Below are positions 26,223-36,689 of a stretch of 64,000 nt of DNA, piece by piece. The notes below the pieces were generated by a model. It was not told where the DNA came from, made no database searches, and saw only the letters and a list, made by a program, of their open reading frames with translations. A program made the translations under genes and the position numbers. The number at the start of each line of letters is the position of its first letter. Position 1 is the stretch's first letter. Location: positions 32,001-96,000 of the IMG/VR virus record IMGVR_UViG_3300031857_000054; one strand, 5' to 3'. The stretch is from a virus.

Positions 26223-27752
26223 ATGCCTAATCAATCCATTACCAGAGTTAACGGTCGCGTTATAGCTAATGCGCACGTTACCAGCTCTTACTATTCTAAG
26301 AATAGTTTGGGTAAGTTGACCGACAAAAACTTTGTCGAGTCAATGTTGAAAACTAAACCAGACCAGTATGACAAAGTTATGTTGCGTCTGTTCACTGACA
26401 CTCGCTTGTATTCTAACGATTTGTTGGATCTTGTGATGAAGAACGGTAAGCCATTTATGGTTAACGACCCTAATGGTGTCTTCACTTACAAAATCAAGAA
26501 GCGTGCTGAACTTCCAAAAATCATTGCCAACTTTGCTACAACTGTTGCAAAACCTGGTATTGATGGTCAAGAGTTCGAAATCGTATTTGACAAACAAGGT
26601 TTTGTTGTAAACGATATCATCAGCGCACACCGTTATGAGCAAGAGACTTTGGTACAAATCGTATCTGAGCCTGAGCGTTACCAAAATGGTTTCAAATACC
26701 GTTGCCGTGCCGTTGCCGCTAGTAGCACTGACTTCGTTAACCAACGTTTCTTGGTTGTAGGTACTGAGTACTTCAAAGTAGGTAACGTATTGGGTGAGTA
26801 CACCACTTCATTCTCTAGCTTGGGATTGTTCGATGGTCACTTGGAAGTTATGGCTGACGTATTGAGTCAATATGGTGTTGAACACACTATCACTGACTGG
26901 GCTGATGCTACTAAACTTGGTATGCAAACTGACGCTACTGGTAATCCTATGGACTTGACTTACTACACTTTGACTGATCCTACTGCTGAAGCAGAGAAGA
27001 CAAAGATCGTAGGTTGGGAACCAACTGTATCTCGTTTGTTGCGTATGGAAATGATGCGCATGAAAGCAAACATGTTGATGTGGGGTCGCCAAGGTCAAGC
27101 TAAAGACGAAAGAGGTCGCTCTACTCGTATGAAGCAAGGTTTGTGGCAGCAATTGCACTTGGGTAACATTATCCAATACGATCGTGGTCAATTCTCTTTG
27201 AACTTGATTCGTACTGCAATTGGTGACTTGTTCTACAACCGTGTATTGATTGCTGATCGTAAAGTAAAAGTTTACACCAACCGTGCAGGTATGGAGTTGG
27301 CTTCTTCTGCTATCAAAAAAGACTTCAACAGTGCGAACTTTATGGTTAACGCTGATAAGTTCATGGATGGTAAAGATCGCTTGAAGCAAGGTTATGCTTT
27401 CCAATTTGACCACTACATGACTACCGAAACTGGTCCTGTTGAGTTCGTAGAATTGGAACAGTTGAACATGCATGCTACTTTCTTGGAATTGGGACCTAAT
27501 AAGAAAACTCCTCCAATCTTTATCGTACTTGACGTATCTGGTCAAGAAGATTCAGGTATCCGTGAGGTTAAGTTGTCTACTCGTCCTAACATGTACTACC
27601 AGTACATCCCAGGTTCAGTAGGATTCGGAAGCCAACAAACCGTAATTGCTAACAAAGATCCTTATAGCACTTACATCATGAAAGACTTCTGTGGTGTCTT
27701 CTTGGAAGATCCAACCAGAACTGTAATCATTAAAGAATACCCACGCCTCTAA
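26223..27752 (+). CDS. Major capsid protein (crAss-like)
   Basis: 509 aa, strongly biased codon use, LMWGR...GLWQQL and VYTNRAG motifs, synteny, downstream hairpin. Confidence 0.88.
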   Translation: MPNQSITRVNGRVIANAHVTSSYYSKNSLGKLTDKNFVESMLKTKPDQYDKVMLRLFTDTRLYSNDLLDLVMKNGKPFMVNDPNGVFTYKIKKRAELPKIIANFATTVAKPGIDGQEFEIVFDKQGFVVNDIISAHRYEQETLVQIVSEPERYQNGFKYRCRAVAASSTDFVNQRFLVVGTEYFKVGNVLGEYTTSFSSLGLFDGHLEVMADVLSQYGVEHTITDWADATKLGMQTDATGNPMDLTYYTLTDPTAEAEKTKIVGWEPTVSRLLRMEMMRMKANMLMWGRQGQAKDERGRSTRMKQGLWQQLHLGNIIQYDRGQFSLNLIRTAIGDLFYNRVLIADRKVKVYTNRAGMELASSAIKKDFNSANFMVNADKFMDGKDRLKQGYAFQFDHYMTTETGPVEFVELEQLNMHATFLELGPNKKTPPIFIVLDVSGQEDSGIREVKLSTRPNMYYQYIPGSVGFGSQQTVIANKDPYSTYIMKDFCGVFLEDPTRTVIIKEYPRL

Positions 27753-27770
27753 TCTAGGCGGTCTTTAGAG

Positions 27771-27794
27771 GGGGAGGGTTCTCGGACTCTCCCC
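27771..27794 (+). terminator. Stem-loop after MCP, without a U-tract
   Basis: GGGGAGGGTT-CTCG-GACTCTCCCC. Confidence 0.5.
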
Positions 27795-27835
27795 TGATAA
27801 AGATATTAGATTAACCAAAACAATCAACCAAAATA

Positions 27836-28777
27836 ATGAAAGGACAAGAAATCGCACGCGGAACAAAGGTTATTAAACCTTACCGCAAAGAACCTGCAAA
27901 CTCTAGGAGTTTAGAAGGATCACTGTACAGGGAGGGATTTAATTTCATCCCAGGTACATCAAAAAAGTTTTACCCTCGTGTTGATTCACGTGGAGTAATA
28001 CGAACAGGACTAGATGAAAACGCAATGAAGTTGCGAGCAATCGAAGACCCTGAAGTAAGAGAGCAAGAGATGAACCGTATTAAGACTTTAAAAACTTACT
28101 ACGAATCTATTTTAGATGAATCTCTTGACCCTACTAGTACGTTCTATGACGAAATAAAAGAGAATGGGTACACCCTAGAAGATGGAGACAATATCTTTAA
28201 CTTGGAGAATCCCCGTGATGCAATTAACTTCTTTTGGTTACTTGAAACGGATATGGTTGCTCACAGTATAGACGATATTGAAACTGGAAAAGCTGACGGA
28301 TCTATTGTACGTTTTTATGTACACGATGGTGAAGTAGAATCTAAATCCGCTTTTGAACGTAAAAAGCGAATTAACAGTGCGATTGCAGAGTTAGATAGAA
28401 TGACTGCAGTTAAACGTAAGAAGATTCAAAAGCTTTTAGGTTTAGGATTGGCTGGAGATGCAAGTGAGGAAGAAGTATACAATGCTCTAGACGAGTATTT
28501 GCGTATTCCTGCTACTGCTCTTGACCAAGACCCAATCGCTGCGTTTACGAAAATCACTAAGTACAGTGAAGAGACCTTGGCTATCAAGTCTCTAATCCGT
28601 GAGTTGATTGACTACAACGTTATAAGAGTTAAAGGTTCTGTAGTTTATGAAGGAGAGCACGTATGGGCTAGATCAGTAGAAGAGTTAGAATTAACTTTGG
28701 CTGACCCTAAGAACTCCGACATTTACGATGCCTTTAAAGACAAAGTAAAAAACAAAATGAAACTATCCGTTATCTAA
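27836..28777 (+). CDS. Conserved crAss-like protein downstream of MCP
   Basis: 313 aa; synteny with the crAss capsid block. Confidence 0.6.
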   Translation: MKGQEIARGTKVIKPYRKEPANSRSLEGSLYREGFNFIPGTSKKFYPRVDSRGVIRTGLDENAMKLRAIEDPEVREQEMNRIKTLKTYYESILDESLDPTSTFYDEIKENGYTLEDGDNIFNLENPRDAINFFWLLETDMVAHSIDDIETGKADGSIVRFYVHDGEVESKSAFERKKRINSAIAELDRMTAVKRKKIQKLLGLGLAGDASEEEVYNALDEYLRIPATALDQDPIAAFTKITKYSEETLAIKSLIRELIDYNVIRVKGSVVYEGEHVWARSVEELELTLADPKNSDIYDAFKDKVKNKMKLSVI

Positions 28778-28786
28778 TAACCGAAG

Positions 28787-29503
28787 ATGATACCAGTACA
28801 AGAGTTGATATACGAGTTTAAGTTAAGCTTAAATAAGATGGACAGGCAAGACAACGTGCAAGTCCCTCTAGAAGATATTTTGGTTTTCTTAAATCAGGCT
28901 CAATTATCTTGGGTAGAATCTAAAGTAGGAGAAAACAACATTTTCAGACACGGATACGAAGGGACAAGAAAGAGAATTGAAGACTTGCAAGTATTGAAAG
29001 TTGACGATGTTTCTTTGACACTAGTAAAAACAACAGACGTTCTTTATAAAGGCTACAAAGCCAGTTTGAAATCTCTCCCTAACTACATGATGTATGTAAT
29101 GTCGCATGTAGGTGCAAGGAAAGAAGATTGTAAAGCAGGTTTAACAGTAGATTTAATTAGACAAAACGATCTGTCAACATTATACTTTGATGCAAACTTC
29201 AGCCCCTCCTTTGAATGGAGAAACACATTTGCAACAATCGGCCAAGATAACATCACTGTATACACTGACGAAAGTTTTGAAATTGAGAATCTTTACCTTA
29301 CTTACTTAAGATATCCAAAGCCAATAGATTCAGAAGGCTACATCAACTTAGATGGATTGGATTCAGTAAATATGGACTGTGAACTTCCTTACTATGCTAA
29401 ATCAGATATTCTGAATTTAGCTATTAAGTTTGCCGCACAATCAGTAGACAACCAAGGCCAAGCAGCTTTTGCAGAGGACAGAAGTGTTAAAAACTCAGAA
29501 TAA
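28787..29503 (+). CDS. Tail ring / head-tail connector protein
   Basis: FLNQAQ...YEGTRKRIEDL...YLRYPK...CELP pattern of podovirus/crAss ring proteins. Confidence 0.65.
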   Translation: MIPVQELIYEFKLSLNKMDRQDNVQVPLEDILVFLNQAQLSWVESKVGENNIFRHGYEGTRKRIEDLQVLKVDDVSLTLVKTTDVLYKGYKASLKSLPNYMMYVMSHVGARKEDCKAGLTVDLIRQNDLSTLYFDANFSPSFEWRNTFATIGQDNITVYTDESFEIENLYLTYLRYPKPIDSEGYINLDGLDSVNMDCELPYYAKSDILNLAIKFAAQSVDNQGQAAFAEDRSVKNSE

Positions 29504-29520
29504 ACTAATAATATAAAAAA

Positions 29521-30939
29521 ATGAACTACGATTTCACCCAAGTATTTGTTCCGACTAACAAATACACTACAACTGGAAACGGATTCGATGCACTAGGTGC
29601 TCGTATCTTCGGCGTATTTACTCCTACCTATGTCGCTAACACCGATCAGTTGGTAGGCTTTCAATCTGTTAACTACACTACTGGTGCTCCAACTCCTTCT
29701 ACTACACAACCTTTCAAAGAGATTGTGTTGGCTATGGGTACAGGTACTTCTTACCCTGCCAATAAGTTTGGTAGCTTTAAGTCTCCTGTAATCAGAAAAG
29801 GTAAGTTGACTCAAGTTTCTTACGTGCCTGCTGATGCAAGTGCTGCTAAACAACAAATTACTTATCTTGGTTATGATGAGGTTAACGATTTCAAATCACC
29901 TAGTTTTTCTTGTGATGAGGAATACGTTGTAACCATCAAAATCGATGAGTACTGGTCTAAAGGTGTATTCCAACCAATGATTCAAGAGTCAGTTCGTGTT
30001 AAAACTGTAAACTGCTCAGAGTGCGGTGGTGGTTGTGATGCATTGGATTGCTATGATATTATGGCTTCTGTAGCTAGTAAGATCAATGCTAATCCTTTGT
30101 TGAGCAAGTACGTAAATGCTACTCACGTATTCAAAGGTTCTGCACCTTCTTACAAGTACACTTTGACTTTGCCTGATGCTGGTAACTCTACTGCAGAAAA
30201 CGCTGTGTTGACTGCTTTGCAAGCTTACTACCCATCTGCTACTTACGGTACTATTGCTATCACAACTACTGATACTGATGGTGACACTGATGCTGATGCA
30301 TTGGGTAACATCTTGTACGAAATTGCAACTCCTTTGATTGCAAACGTAGCTGATATGCCTACTTACTTAGGTGTAGCTTGGGAGTCAGTTAAGTCAAGTG
30401 CTGGTTCAGTAACTGCTTGTGGTGTTAAATTGGAAGGTAAAGCATTGGATGCTTTCGGAAACGCTTGTGTTCCTGATGCTGTTCCTTACGTATTCAACTT
30501 GGTTCGTTTCCAAGTAGTTGCGGCTAAAGGTCCTTTCACTACCCAAGACTTCGATATCAACGACTTGACTGGTCCTTGGTATGTTACTAAAACTCAAGAT
30601 GTTAAGTATGCAATTGGTGCTGGTTCTGCTATGGCTGAATTGGAGCGTCACTTCTTCCGTAACAACTTGCCTAACGTAGCTGAGTCTGTGTACTACTGGA
30701 ATCCTATCTACAACGAGGATGTAAACCAGTTCTTGTATGTAAACAGCACTTTGTTGTACAACGTACTTTCTGTTAAATTCTTGGATGATTCTCCAGTAGG
30801 ATTTGAAAAGAAATCAGTAAATAGCCATGAGGTATTGATTATGGTAGACACAACTAACGAAGCTGCTAATAGTGTTATTAGTAGTGCAGGTAGTGTTTCT
30901 GCAAACATTCTTGCCTTCTTTAACTATTTCGCTGCCTAA
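29521..30939 (+). CDS. Abundant virion structural protein (auxiliary capsid-like)
   Basis: 472 aa, MCP-like codon bias, crAss-like position, followed by a terminator. Confidence 0.55.
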   Translation: MNYDFTQVFVPTNKYTTTGNGFDALGARIFGVFTPTYVANTDQLVGFQSVNYTTGAPTPSTTQPFKEIVLAMGTGTSYPANKFGSFKSPVIRKGKLTQVSYVPADASAAKQQITYLGYDEVNDFKSPSFSCDEEYVVTIKIDEYWSKGVFQPMIQESVRVKTVNCSECGGGCDALDCYDIMASVASKINANPLLSKYVNATHVFKGSAPSYKYTLTLPDAGNSTAENAVLTALQAYYPSATYGTIAITTTDTDGDTDADALGNILYEIATPLIANVADMPTYLGVAWESVKSSAGSVTACGVKLEGKALDAFGNACVPDAVPYVFNLVRFQVVAAKGPFTTQDFDINDLTGPWYVTKTQDVKYAIGAGSAMAELERHFFRNNLPNVAESVYYWNPIYNEDVNQFLYVNSTLLYNVLSVKFLDDSPVGFEKKSVNSHEVLIMVDTTNEAANSVISSAGSVSANILAFFNYFAA

Positions 30940-30952
30940 TTAGACGAATAAT

Positions 30953-30977
30953 GGGGGGACTGAACTCCCCCCTTTTT
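30953..30977 (+). terminator. Intrinsic terminator
   Basis: GGGGGGA-CTGAAC-TCCCCCC-TTTTT. Confidence 0.75.
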
Positions 30978-31001
30978 CTAACTTTTAAAAAATAAAAAAT
31001 C

Positions 31002-31451
31002 ATGGCAAAAGATATTATTCTTAAACTCGGCACCTACATGACCACTGTTAATAACAAAGACATTGCTGCAGGTGCTATCCCAGGAGCTTCTTTAGAGAAG
31101 TTTGTTGTTAACCTTTTAAAGAGCCCTACTTGCTGCGTTAAGTATGTAACGTTAAGCAAAGGAACTGTAACACAGTCAGGTAGTATTACTACTGCAGTTA
31201 CATTGAACCAGCCTGCTGGTGAGATTACAACTGTAAGTGCTACTATTGCTGCAGGTGCAATGTCCTCTTTTACACTTAACAATAGTTTTATTAAAGCTGA
31301 TTCTGTAATTATGGCTACAGTTAACGACACTACTGGTACTGGTCTATTGGCCGTACAAGTTGATGGTATTGTTGCAGGTTCTTGCACAGTATCTCTTGGA
31401 GGTGTTGTTGCGAATACTGGAGTTGTAATCGTTGGATTTGCAATTATGTAA
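31002..31451 (+). CDS. Putative capsid decoration / head fibre protein
   Basis: Small-residue-rich beta protein with GTVTQSGSITTAVTLN; flanked by terminators. Confidence 0.45.
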   Translation: MAKDIILKLGTYMTTVNNKDIAAGAIPGASLEKFVVNLLKSPTCCVKYVTLSKGTVTQSGSITTAVTLNQPAGEITTVSATIAAGAMSSFTLNNSFIKADSVIMATVNDTTGTGLLAVQVDGIVAGSCTVSLGGVVANTGVVIVGFAIM

Positions 31452-31456
31452 TTAAC

Positions 31457-31479
31457 AGGGGAGAGAAATCTCCCCTTTT
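31457..31479 (+). terminator. Intrinsic terminator
   Basis: AGGGGAGA-GAAA-TCTCCCCT-TTT. Confidence 0.75.
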
Positions 31480-31491
31480 AAAATGAATTAA

Positions 31492-32001
31492 ATGGCTAAC
31501 TTACAAAGAAATATAGAAGTTTTAAAAGCTAAGGATTGTGCTTACTTATCAATCCTAGATACCTCGTACTATCCTGAAACTTTAGACGAGGCAAACATTC
31601 AAATCACTGCACCTGGTTATGATATTCCATTTGAATTTGCTTTTACTTTAAATGAAGTAAACGTATACAATTCATACACTTTTGGATTCACTACCAATGC
31701 AACGGCAGATTTTGTAGAATTGCCAGATGGTTTATATACTTTGAACTTAACTACTTGCCCTGACACAGGAGTATGTACTAGATATCACCTACGCACTTGT
31801 AGGATTGATTGTAGACTTGCTGTACAATGGGCTAAGTATGCACAAGATTGTGAGGATGAAAAAATCCTTTACTATCTAGATAAGATTGAGTTTCTGCTAC
31901 GGGGAGGAGAAGCTAACGCAGATTTATGTAACCCCGAAAAAGCAATTGAATTATACAGAAAAGCAGATGACTTACTTAGACGATTTGAACTTGACTGTTA
32001 A
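31492..32001 (+). CDS. Putative tail hub / fibre attachment protein
   Basis: LPDGLYTL motif, Cys-rich helical end; position before fibre genes. Confidence 0.45.
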   Translation: MANLQRNIEVLKAKDCAYLSILDTSYYPETLDEANIQITAPGYDIPFEFAFTLNEVNVYNSYTFGFTTNATADFVELPDGLYTLNLTTCPDTGVCTRYHLRTCRIDCRLAVQWAKYAQDCEDEKILYYLDKIEFLLRGGEANADLCNPEKAIELYRKADDLLRRFELDC

Positions 32002-32155
32002 AGAAAAACTTGCTAAGGCGGCAGTAAAAGAAATGCAGCATATCAAGTACTTAACAAAACCATACTACAAAAAATCTAGGAAGTATATGCGTTTCTTGAA
32101 ACTAGCACATTGCTTAGATTGTGTAGACACAAACAACCTTAAAATTAAACTATAA
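31967..32155 (+). CDS. Small hypothetical protein (start ATG 31967)
   Basis: 62 aa, basic, CxxC near the C-terminus. Confidence 0.5.
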   Translation: MTYLDDLNLTVKEKLAKAAVKEMQHIKYLTKPYYKKSRKYMRFLKLAHCLDCVDTNNLKIKL

Positions 32156-32167
32156 CTACGAAAAATA

Positions 32168-32731
32168 ATGGCAAACAAAGCATACAAACCTTGCTGCGAA
32201 CCTAACAACTGTGGAGAGATTATTCCTTCAAAGTGTGTTAAGTATACTGGAACTCCTACTACGGATGGTCCTATTGATAAAGAGTTTACTTGTACTCCTT
32301 ATCTGAATGACGTTATTCATTTATTTGATGATAATCTTAAAGACATTATTGGAAAAATCGGTATTAGCAAAACTGCGCTTGATGGTGCTAACTCATCTTG
32401 TGGTCTTAATTTGGTTAATACTGGTTCTCTTACTACATATGAAGTTAATGATACTAGGTATGTTCAAAGTGAGGTAGTTGTACAACTGTTGAATGTTGTA
32501 TGTGCTTTACAAAAACAAGTTAATTACTTGAAGAATGAGAATGTTACTACAGATAGTGGTAATGTATTCTGGCTTGATTTGCCTTTAGACCAAGATTTTA
32601 AAACATGGTTAAGTATAAACGGACAATGCGTTTTAACGGAACCTTGTGTACCTGCTGGTGGTATTACTACTTTACGTGGTTTACTTCAAGCTATGATAAC
32701 TAAACTTTGTGACTGTTGCCCAAATCCATAA
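32168..32731 (+). CDS. Cys-rich structural protein
   Basis: 187 aa with 12 Cys; N-terminal C...CVxYxG motif shared with the next gene. Confidence 0.55.
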   Translation: MANKAYKPCCEPNNCGEIIPSKCVKYTGTPTTDGPIDKEFTCTPYLNDVIHLFDDNLKDIIGKIGISKTALDGANSSCGLNLVNTGSLTTYEVNDTRYVQSEVVVQLLNVVCALQKQVNYLKNENVTTDSGNVFWLDLPLDQDFKTWLSINGQCVLTEPCVPAGGITTLRGLLQAMITKLCDCCPNP

Positions 32732-32742
32732 TCTAAAATATA

Positions 32743-34668
32743 ATGAGTACTTGTCTTGACTGCTACGGAACCAACACAATAGAACCATGTGCTGAAATTG
32801 GATGCCTTTCCACAAATTTTGGAAAGTGCGTTACTTACTCAGGCACAGGTTTGTATTGTTCTCTAGGTCCAATTAATACCTTTACCTATTCGGGTACTGC
32901 TGTTGCTATAGTTTCTGAAGTTACCGTGGTAGTTGGTGCTACTGGCGGTTCTGGTTCAGGTGCTACTTTTAGTGTAACTAGAGGACCATCTTCTACATCA
33001 TACACAATCTCTATTGTAAATAAAGGTAGCGGATATGCAATAGGAGAAACTCTTACCATTGCTGGTACAGCTGTAGGTGGTACGGCTCCTGCGAATAACA
33101 TTTCAATTGTAGTAACTACACTATCAGCTATTATTGATAGCACCTATACAATGGATGCGGCTATCAAGAATTTGCATGATCGTATCTGTAACTTAACTCC
33201 AACTGGTCTTTTATACAGTGGATTTAACTATGCTTGTCTTCGTCAAGGAGGTAACTTAGAGTCAGTAGGTGCGTCTATTACTACTGCACAAGGATTTGCT
33301 GAATCTTCTTCTGCTGCGTTGTGTGCGTTAAACACACGTTTAAAAGCAGTAGAGACTCCAACCTTTACTGTGCCTGGTTGTGTAACAGGATTAACTTCTG
33401 GTGTTTCTACTCTAGGAGCAATCTTAACTGAGTATGGTAACAAACTTTGTGCTATTGCAGGAGGAACAGGAGGTATTACCATCACTGGAGTAACAGTTCC
33501 AGGTAGTTGTACAATGACTACTATCCCCTCATCAACTGCCCCTATTGGTACTTGGTTTGATTGGGTAGTAGACAATATGTGCTCAATCACCACGGGATTG
33601 AATGCGGCAATTACTTCAACTAACTCAACCGTAAGTACTATAACTACTTTCTTGGGTAGTACCACGAAATTTAATAACAGTGCAAACTGTTTGACTGCCT
33701 TGGGAGGTACAGCAACTGATTCTGCTCATGCTACTATTGGTTATCTTACCACTAAGGTATGTGCAGTAGACACAACCGTTAACGCTATTCCTTCTTATAT
33801 TAAGACTGATAGTGTTGCTCTTAACTGGGTAGGTTGTTTTGGTTCTGCACCATATAGTTACGCTAACACTGCAACTACAATTCAAACTCAATTACAAAGA
33901 ATTGTAGCCGTATTGAATGCTGAGAAAACTGCATACTCTGCAGACTTTGTACTAACTACAGCAGGTTGTGGTTCCAAGATTGTGTCTTTGGCTCCTACTG
34001 CTGCTTTCTCTTGTAGTTCACTTTCTACTTGTTCCATCAATTCTCTTGGAGATGTAATAGTAACCACTCCTGTGAATCCTGATGTACTTTACTATAACGG
34101 AACTAACTGGGTTAATAAAAATATTAACGCATTGGTTACTATGTCAAGTACTGACGGCACAGTGGCAATTACTCCAACTACAACTGCAGGTAACGTAAAC
34201 TACGATTTGAGTGTTACTGGTTTGACAGCTACTAGAGCAAACCTTACTGCAATAGCAGTAACTGGAGCAAACAACACATTCCCTGCAGCTTACCCAACTA
34301 GTCCTGGTACTGGATACGCTCAAGTAACTAAACAAGGTAGTATTGTGACTTTAGCAGGTAGTATTGAGTTGGTGGTGACAAGTGGACTTACATTAGCTTT
34401 TGGTACACCTGTACCTATCGCAACTGTGCCTGCTGGATTTAGACCTATAACAGGGCCTATCAGTTTCTACTCAAGAGCATTTAAAAAGGGAACTGCTCCA
34501 TACAATGATCCTGATGGTTCTTTTGATGCAAGAATTACCATTGACATAGCAGGTACTGTAAATATAATTCCTTATCCTACATACCCTGCAGCAAGTTTAG
34601 TGCTTGCTACTGCTGGTAGTAAGGTAGAAATATTGTTAGGAGCACACTCCTATAGTATCCTACCATAA
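32743..34668 (+). CDS. Cys-rich tail fibre protein
   Basis: T/G/S-rich; GSGYAIGETLTI, LGDV...VLYYNGTNWVN and tip-like VTLAG...IATVPAGFRP motifs. Confidence 0.7.
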   Translation: MSTCLDCYGTNTIEPCAEIGCLSTNFGKCVTYSGTGLYCSLGPINTFTYSGTAVAIVSEVTVVVGATGGSGSGATFSVTRGPSSTSYTISIVNKGSGYAIGETLTIAGTAVGGTAPANNISIVVTTLSAIIDSTYTMDAAIKNLHDRICNLTPTGLLYSGFNYACLRQGGNLESVGASITTAQGFAESSSAALCALNTRLKAVETPTFTVPGCVTGLTSGVSTLGAILTEYGNKLCAIAGGTGGITITGVTVPGSCTMTTIPSSTAPIGTWFDWVVDNMCSITTGLNAAITSTNSTVSTITTFLGSTTKFNNSANCLTALGGTATDSAHATIGYLTTKVCAVDTTVNAIPSYIKTDSVALNWVGCFGSAPYSYANTATTIQTQLQRIVAVLNAEKTAYSADFVLTTAGCGSKIVSLAPTAAFSCSSLSTCSINSLGDVIVTTPVNPDVLYYNGTNWVNKNINALVTMSSTDGTVAITPTTTAGNVNYDLSVTGLTATRANLTAIAVTGANNTFPAAYPTSPGTGYAQVTKQGSIVTLAGSIELVVTSGLTLAFGTPVPIATVPAGFRPITGPISFYSRAFKKGTAPYNDPDGSFDARITIDIAGTVNIIPYPTYPAASLVLATAGSKVEILLGAHSYSILP

Positions 34669-34714
34669 GATCTTGACAGTTTACTAGGGTTGGTTGTCTG
34701 TCAAAACCCCGAAT

Positions 34715-34739
34715 AGAGCCTAGGCAACTAGGCTCTTTT
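34715..34739 (+). terminator. Intrinsic terminator
   Basis: AGAGCCTAG-GCAA-CTAGGCTCT-TTT. Confidence 0.8.
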
Positions 34740-34756
34740 GGTTTAATTAAAAGTAA

Positions 34757-34787
34757 TTGACATTAGTAACAGTTTAAATTATATTTG
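34757..34787 (+). promoter_or_regulatory. Bacteroidota sigma-A-type promoter
   Basis: TTG-N20-TATATTTG. Confidence 0.7.
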
Positions 34788-34812
34788 TACAAAAACTAAC
34801 TTCAAGTAAATT

Positions 34813-35442
34813 ATGACAATATCAGATGTAATATCCAGAGTTAGGATTTCTAATAAGTTCATTAGCGATGATGATTTCATGTCTGATAGATTTATTTACA
34901 ATACCTTAAAAACTAAGGCAAGTGCAATTCTTAGAAGAGAAATTAATCTTCGTAAGTTATTAAATTCAGACAATGTATACAGTGCGTATGAATGCATTGA
35001 GTTAATACTAGCCCCAGGTGCTGAGTGTGATTTGAATTGTGACATTCGTCGTAGTAAGAAAAAGCTGCCTAAAATAGAAGAAGGGCTATATTCTTATTTT
35101 ATTCAAGGGGTATTCAATACATCTAACTCAGAAGAACTCTTCCCTACTACTATCAGGGATTTTATTAACCACACTAGACTTAGAGTTAAGACTAACCGTT
35201 CTTATTACACAATAAGAAACGGCTACTTGTATGTGTTGAATCCAGATGTAGAGGCAGTCAATATGTACGCTTACTTTACAGAACCTTTAAATCCTAAACC
35301 TTGTTCAAGTATGTATGAGCAAGATTTTAAATTCCCTGAGTACTTGTTGGATAGTTTATTAGAAATGACTAACCAAAGTTTAGTTAACTTCCATAAACTT
35401 CCTCAAGAACCATTTAGTGATAATAAGGATGACGCAATCTAA
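34813..35442 (+). CDS. Tail ring protein (crAss-like)
   Basis: 209 aa; RSKKKLP and YYTIRNGYLYV motifs; synteny. Confidence 0.5.
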   Translation: MTISDVISRVRISNKFISDDDFMSDRFIYNTLKTKASAILRREINLRKLLNSDNVYSAYECIELILAPGAECDLNCDIRRSKKKLPKIEEGLYSYFIQGVFNTSNSEELFPTTIRDFINHTRLRVKTNRSYYTIRNGYLYVLNPDVEAVNMYAYFTEPLNPKPCSSMYEQDFKFPEYLLDSLLEMTNQSLVNFHKLPQEPFSDNKDDAI

Positions 35443-35869
35443 GGAAAAACTCTCTTTGAAGTCGGATGTCAATCCTTCTTCAATACAGGCTTATAAGAAG
35501 TTTGTAAAGGAGACAGGTCGCTCTGACATTTCCTATGACAAGTTCCGAAACATTATTCTAAAAGTAAACGAGAAAGTTCTTGAAAAAGTAATGACAGGTA
35601 GATACAAAATTAGATTTCCTAAGATTGGACTACTGTCACTCATCAAGGTAACTCCTACTAAATTATTAAAGAAGATAGACTGGGGACGTTATCACAAAGA
35701 TGGAGTGTACACAACATTTAAAAACTACCATACAGATGGTATGATGTATAGAATTTTCTTTTACTTGTACGAAAGAAAGTATCCTTACTTTGGTTTTTAT
35801 AATTTTAGGTTAAGCAAACCTAACCAAGTAATGTTAGGTCAAAAAATTAAAAACAATGAAATACGATAA
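35429..35869 (+). CDS. IHF-like protein (start ATG 35429)
   Basis: IRFPKIGLLSLIK...KIDWG...NYHTDG; crAss-like position before the tail tubular gene. Confidence 0.55.
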   Translation: MTQSKEKLSLKSDVNPSSIQAYKKFVKETGRSDISYDKFRNIILKVNEKVLEKVMTGRYKIRFPKIGLLSLIKVTPTKLLKKIDWGRYHKDGVYTTFKNYHTDGMMYRIFFYLYERKYPYFGFYNFRLSKPNQVMLGQKIKNNEIR

Positions 35870-36689
35870 CATTAACTATATAACCTCTGAGCCTTTGATT
35901 GCTGAAGTTAAGCAAGAGTTAAAGACTTACTTTGAAGCTGGTGCTGTAAGTGAGGTTTTAATACCTTCGTTTATAGATCAAGCCCTGAGAAAACTTAAGG
36001 TACTTGCTCTTAAGCCTGAAGAGGCAGTTATTCGTTTTGAGGATTATAAGTCAGAGTTGCCTTATGATTTTTATTTATTAGACTATGCTCTTTCGTATTC
36101 ATCAGATGTTTACTGGGACAATGCAGTGAACTCTCTGACAGGTTCTTGGTATAAAAGTATACAAGCTGATGGCTGTGTTACTGATGCTACTAGCATAGAA
36201 ATGTACGAAGCAATTACAGTACCCATGCCTGGCTTTAGAATCTCTCTTAAACAACCTAGATGGGTTAGAGTTTATGCTGACTCTACTTCTTTGTGTGTGG
36301 ATGGATGTCCTAACTTAAAAGCATCTAGTACTGATATCATTAAAATTAATCAACATAAGAAAGCAAGTGCCACCTTCCAAGAGGGTTGTGTATATCTTAA
36401 ATACTTTTCAAGACCTGTAGATGACTACGGTATTCCAATGATTCCAGAAATTTTGGAAGTAGAAGAGTATATTAAAGCTTACTTAAAGTATAAATTCTTT
36501 GAACAAATGTGGCATTCAGTAATGGATGAGTCCACAAAACAAGTAACTGATAAATTAACCTACTACAAAAGAGAGCAGTTAGAGAAACTTCAAGCTGCAT
36601 TTAACTATCTAATGACTAAATCTAAGCAACAGATAGCAGACTCAATTGTACGTACTCGTAATCGTTTTAGTAAATTCCACATTAGATAA
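35856..36689 (+). CDS. Tail tubular / ring protein
   Basis: 277 aa; YLKYFSRPVDDYGIPMIP; precedes the muzzle gene. Confidence 0.65.
   Translation: MKYDNINYITSEPLIAEVKQELKTYFEAGAVSEVLIPSFIDQALRKLKVLALKPEEAVIRFEDYKSELPYDFYLLDYALSYSSDVYWDNAVNSLTGSWYKSIQADGCVTDATSIEMYEAITVPMPGFRISLKQPRWVRVYADSTSLCVDGCPNLKASSTDIIKINQHKKASATFQEGCVYLKYFSRPVDDYGIPMIPEILEVEEYIKAYLKYKFFEQMWHSVMDESTKQVTDKLTYYKREQLEKLQAAFNYLMTKSKQQIADSIVRTRNRFSKFHIR

Noticed and set aside
20327-27752. Introns or inteins in terL, portal or MCP
   Set aside because: ORFs are continuous and of ordinary length; no homing-endonuclease or intein motifs noticed.
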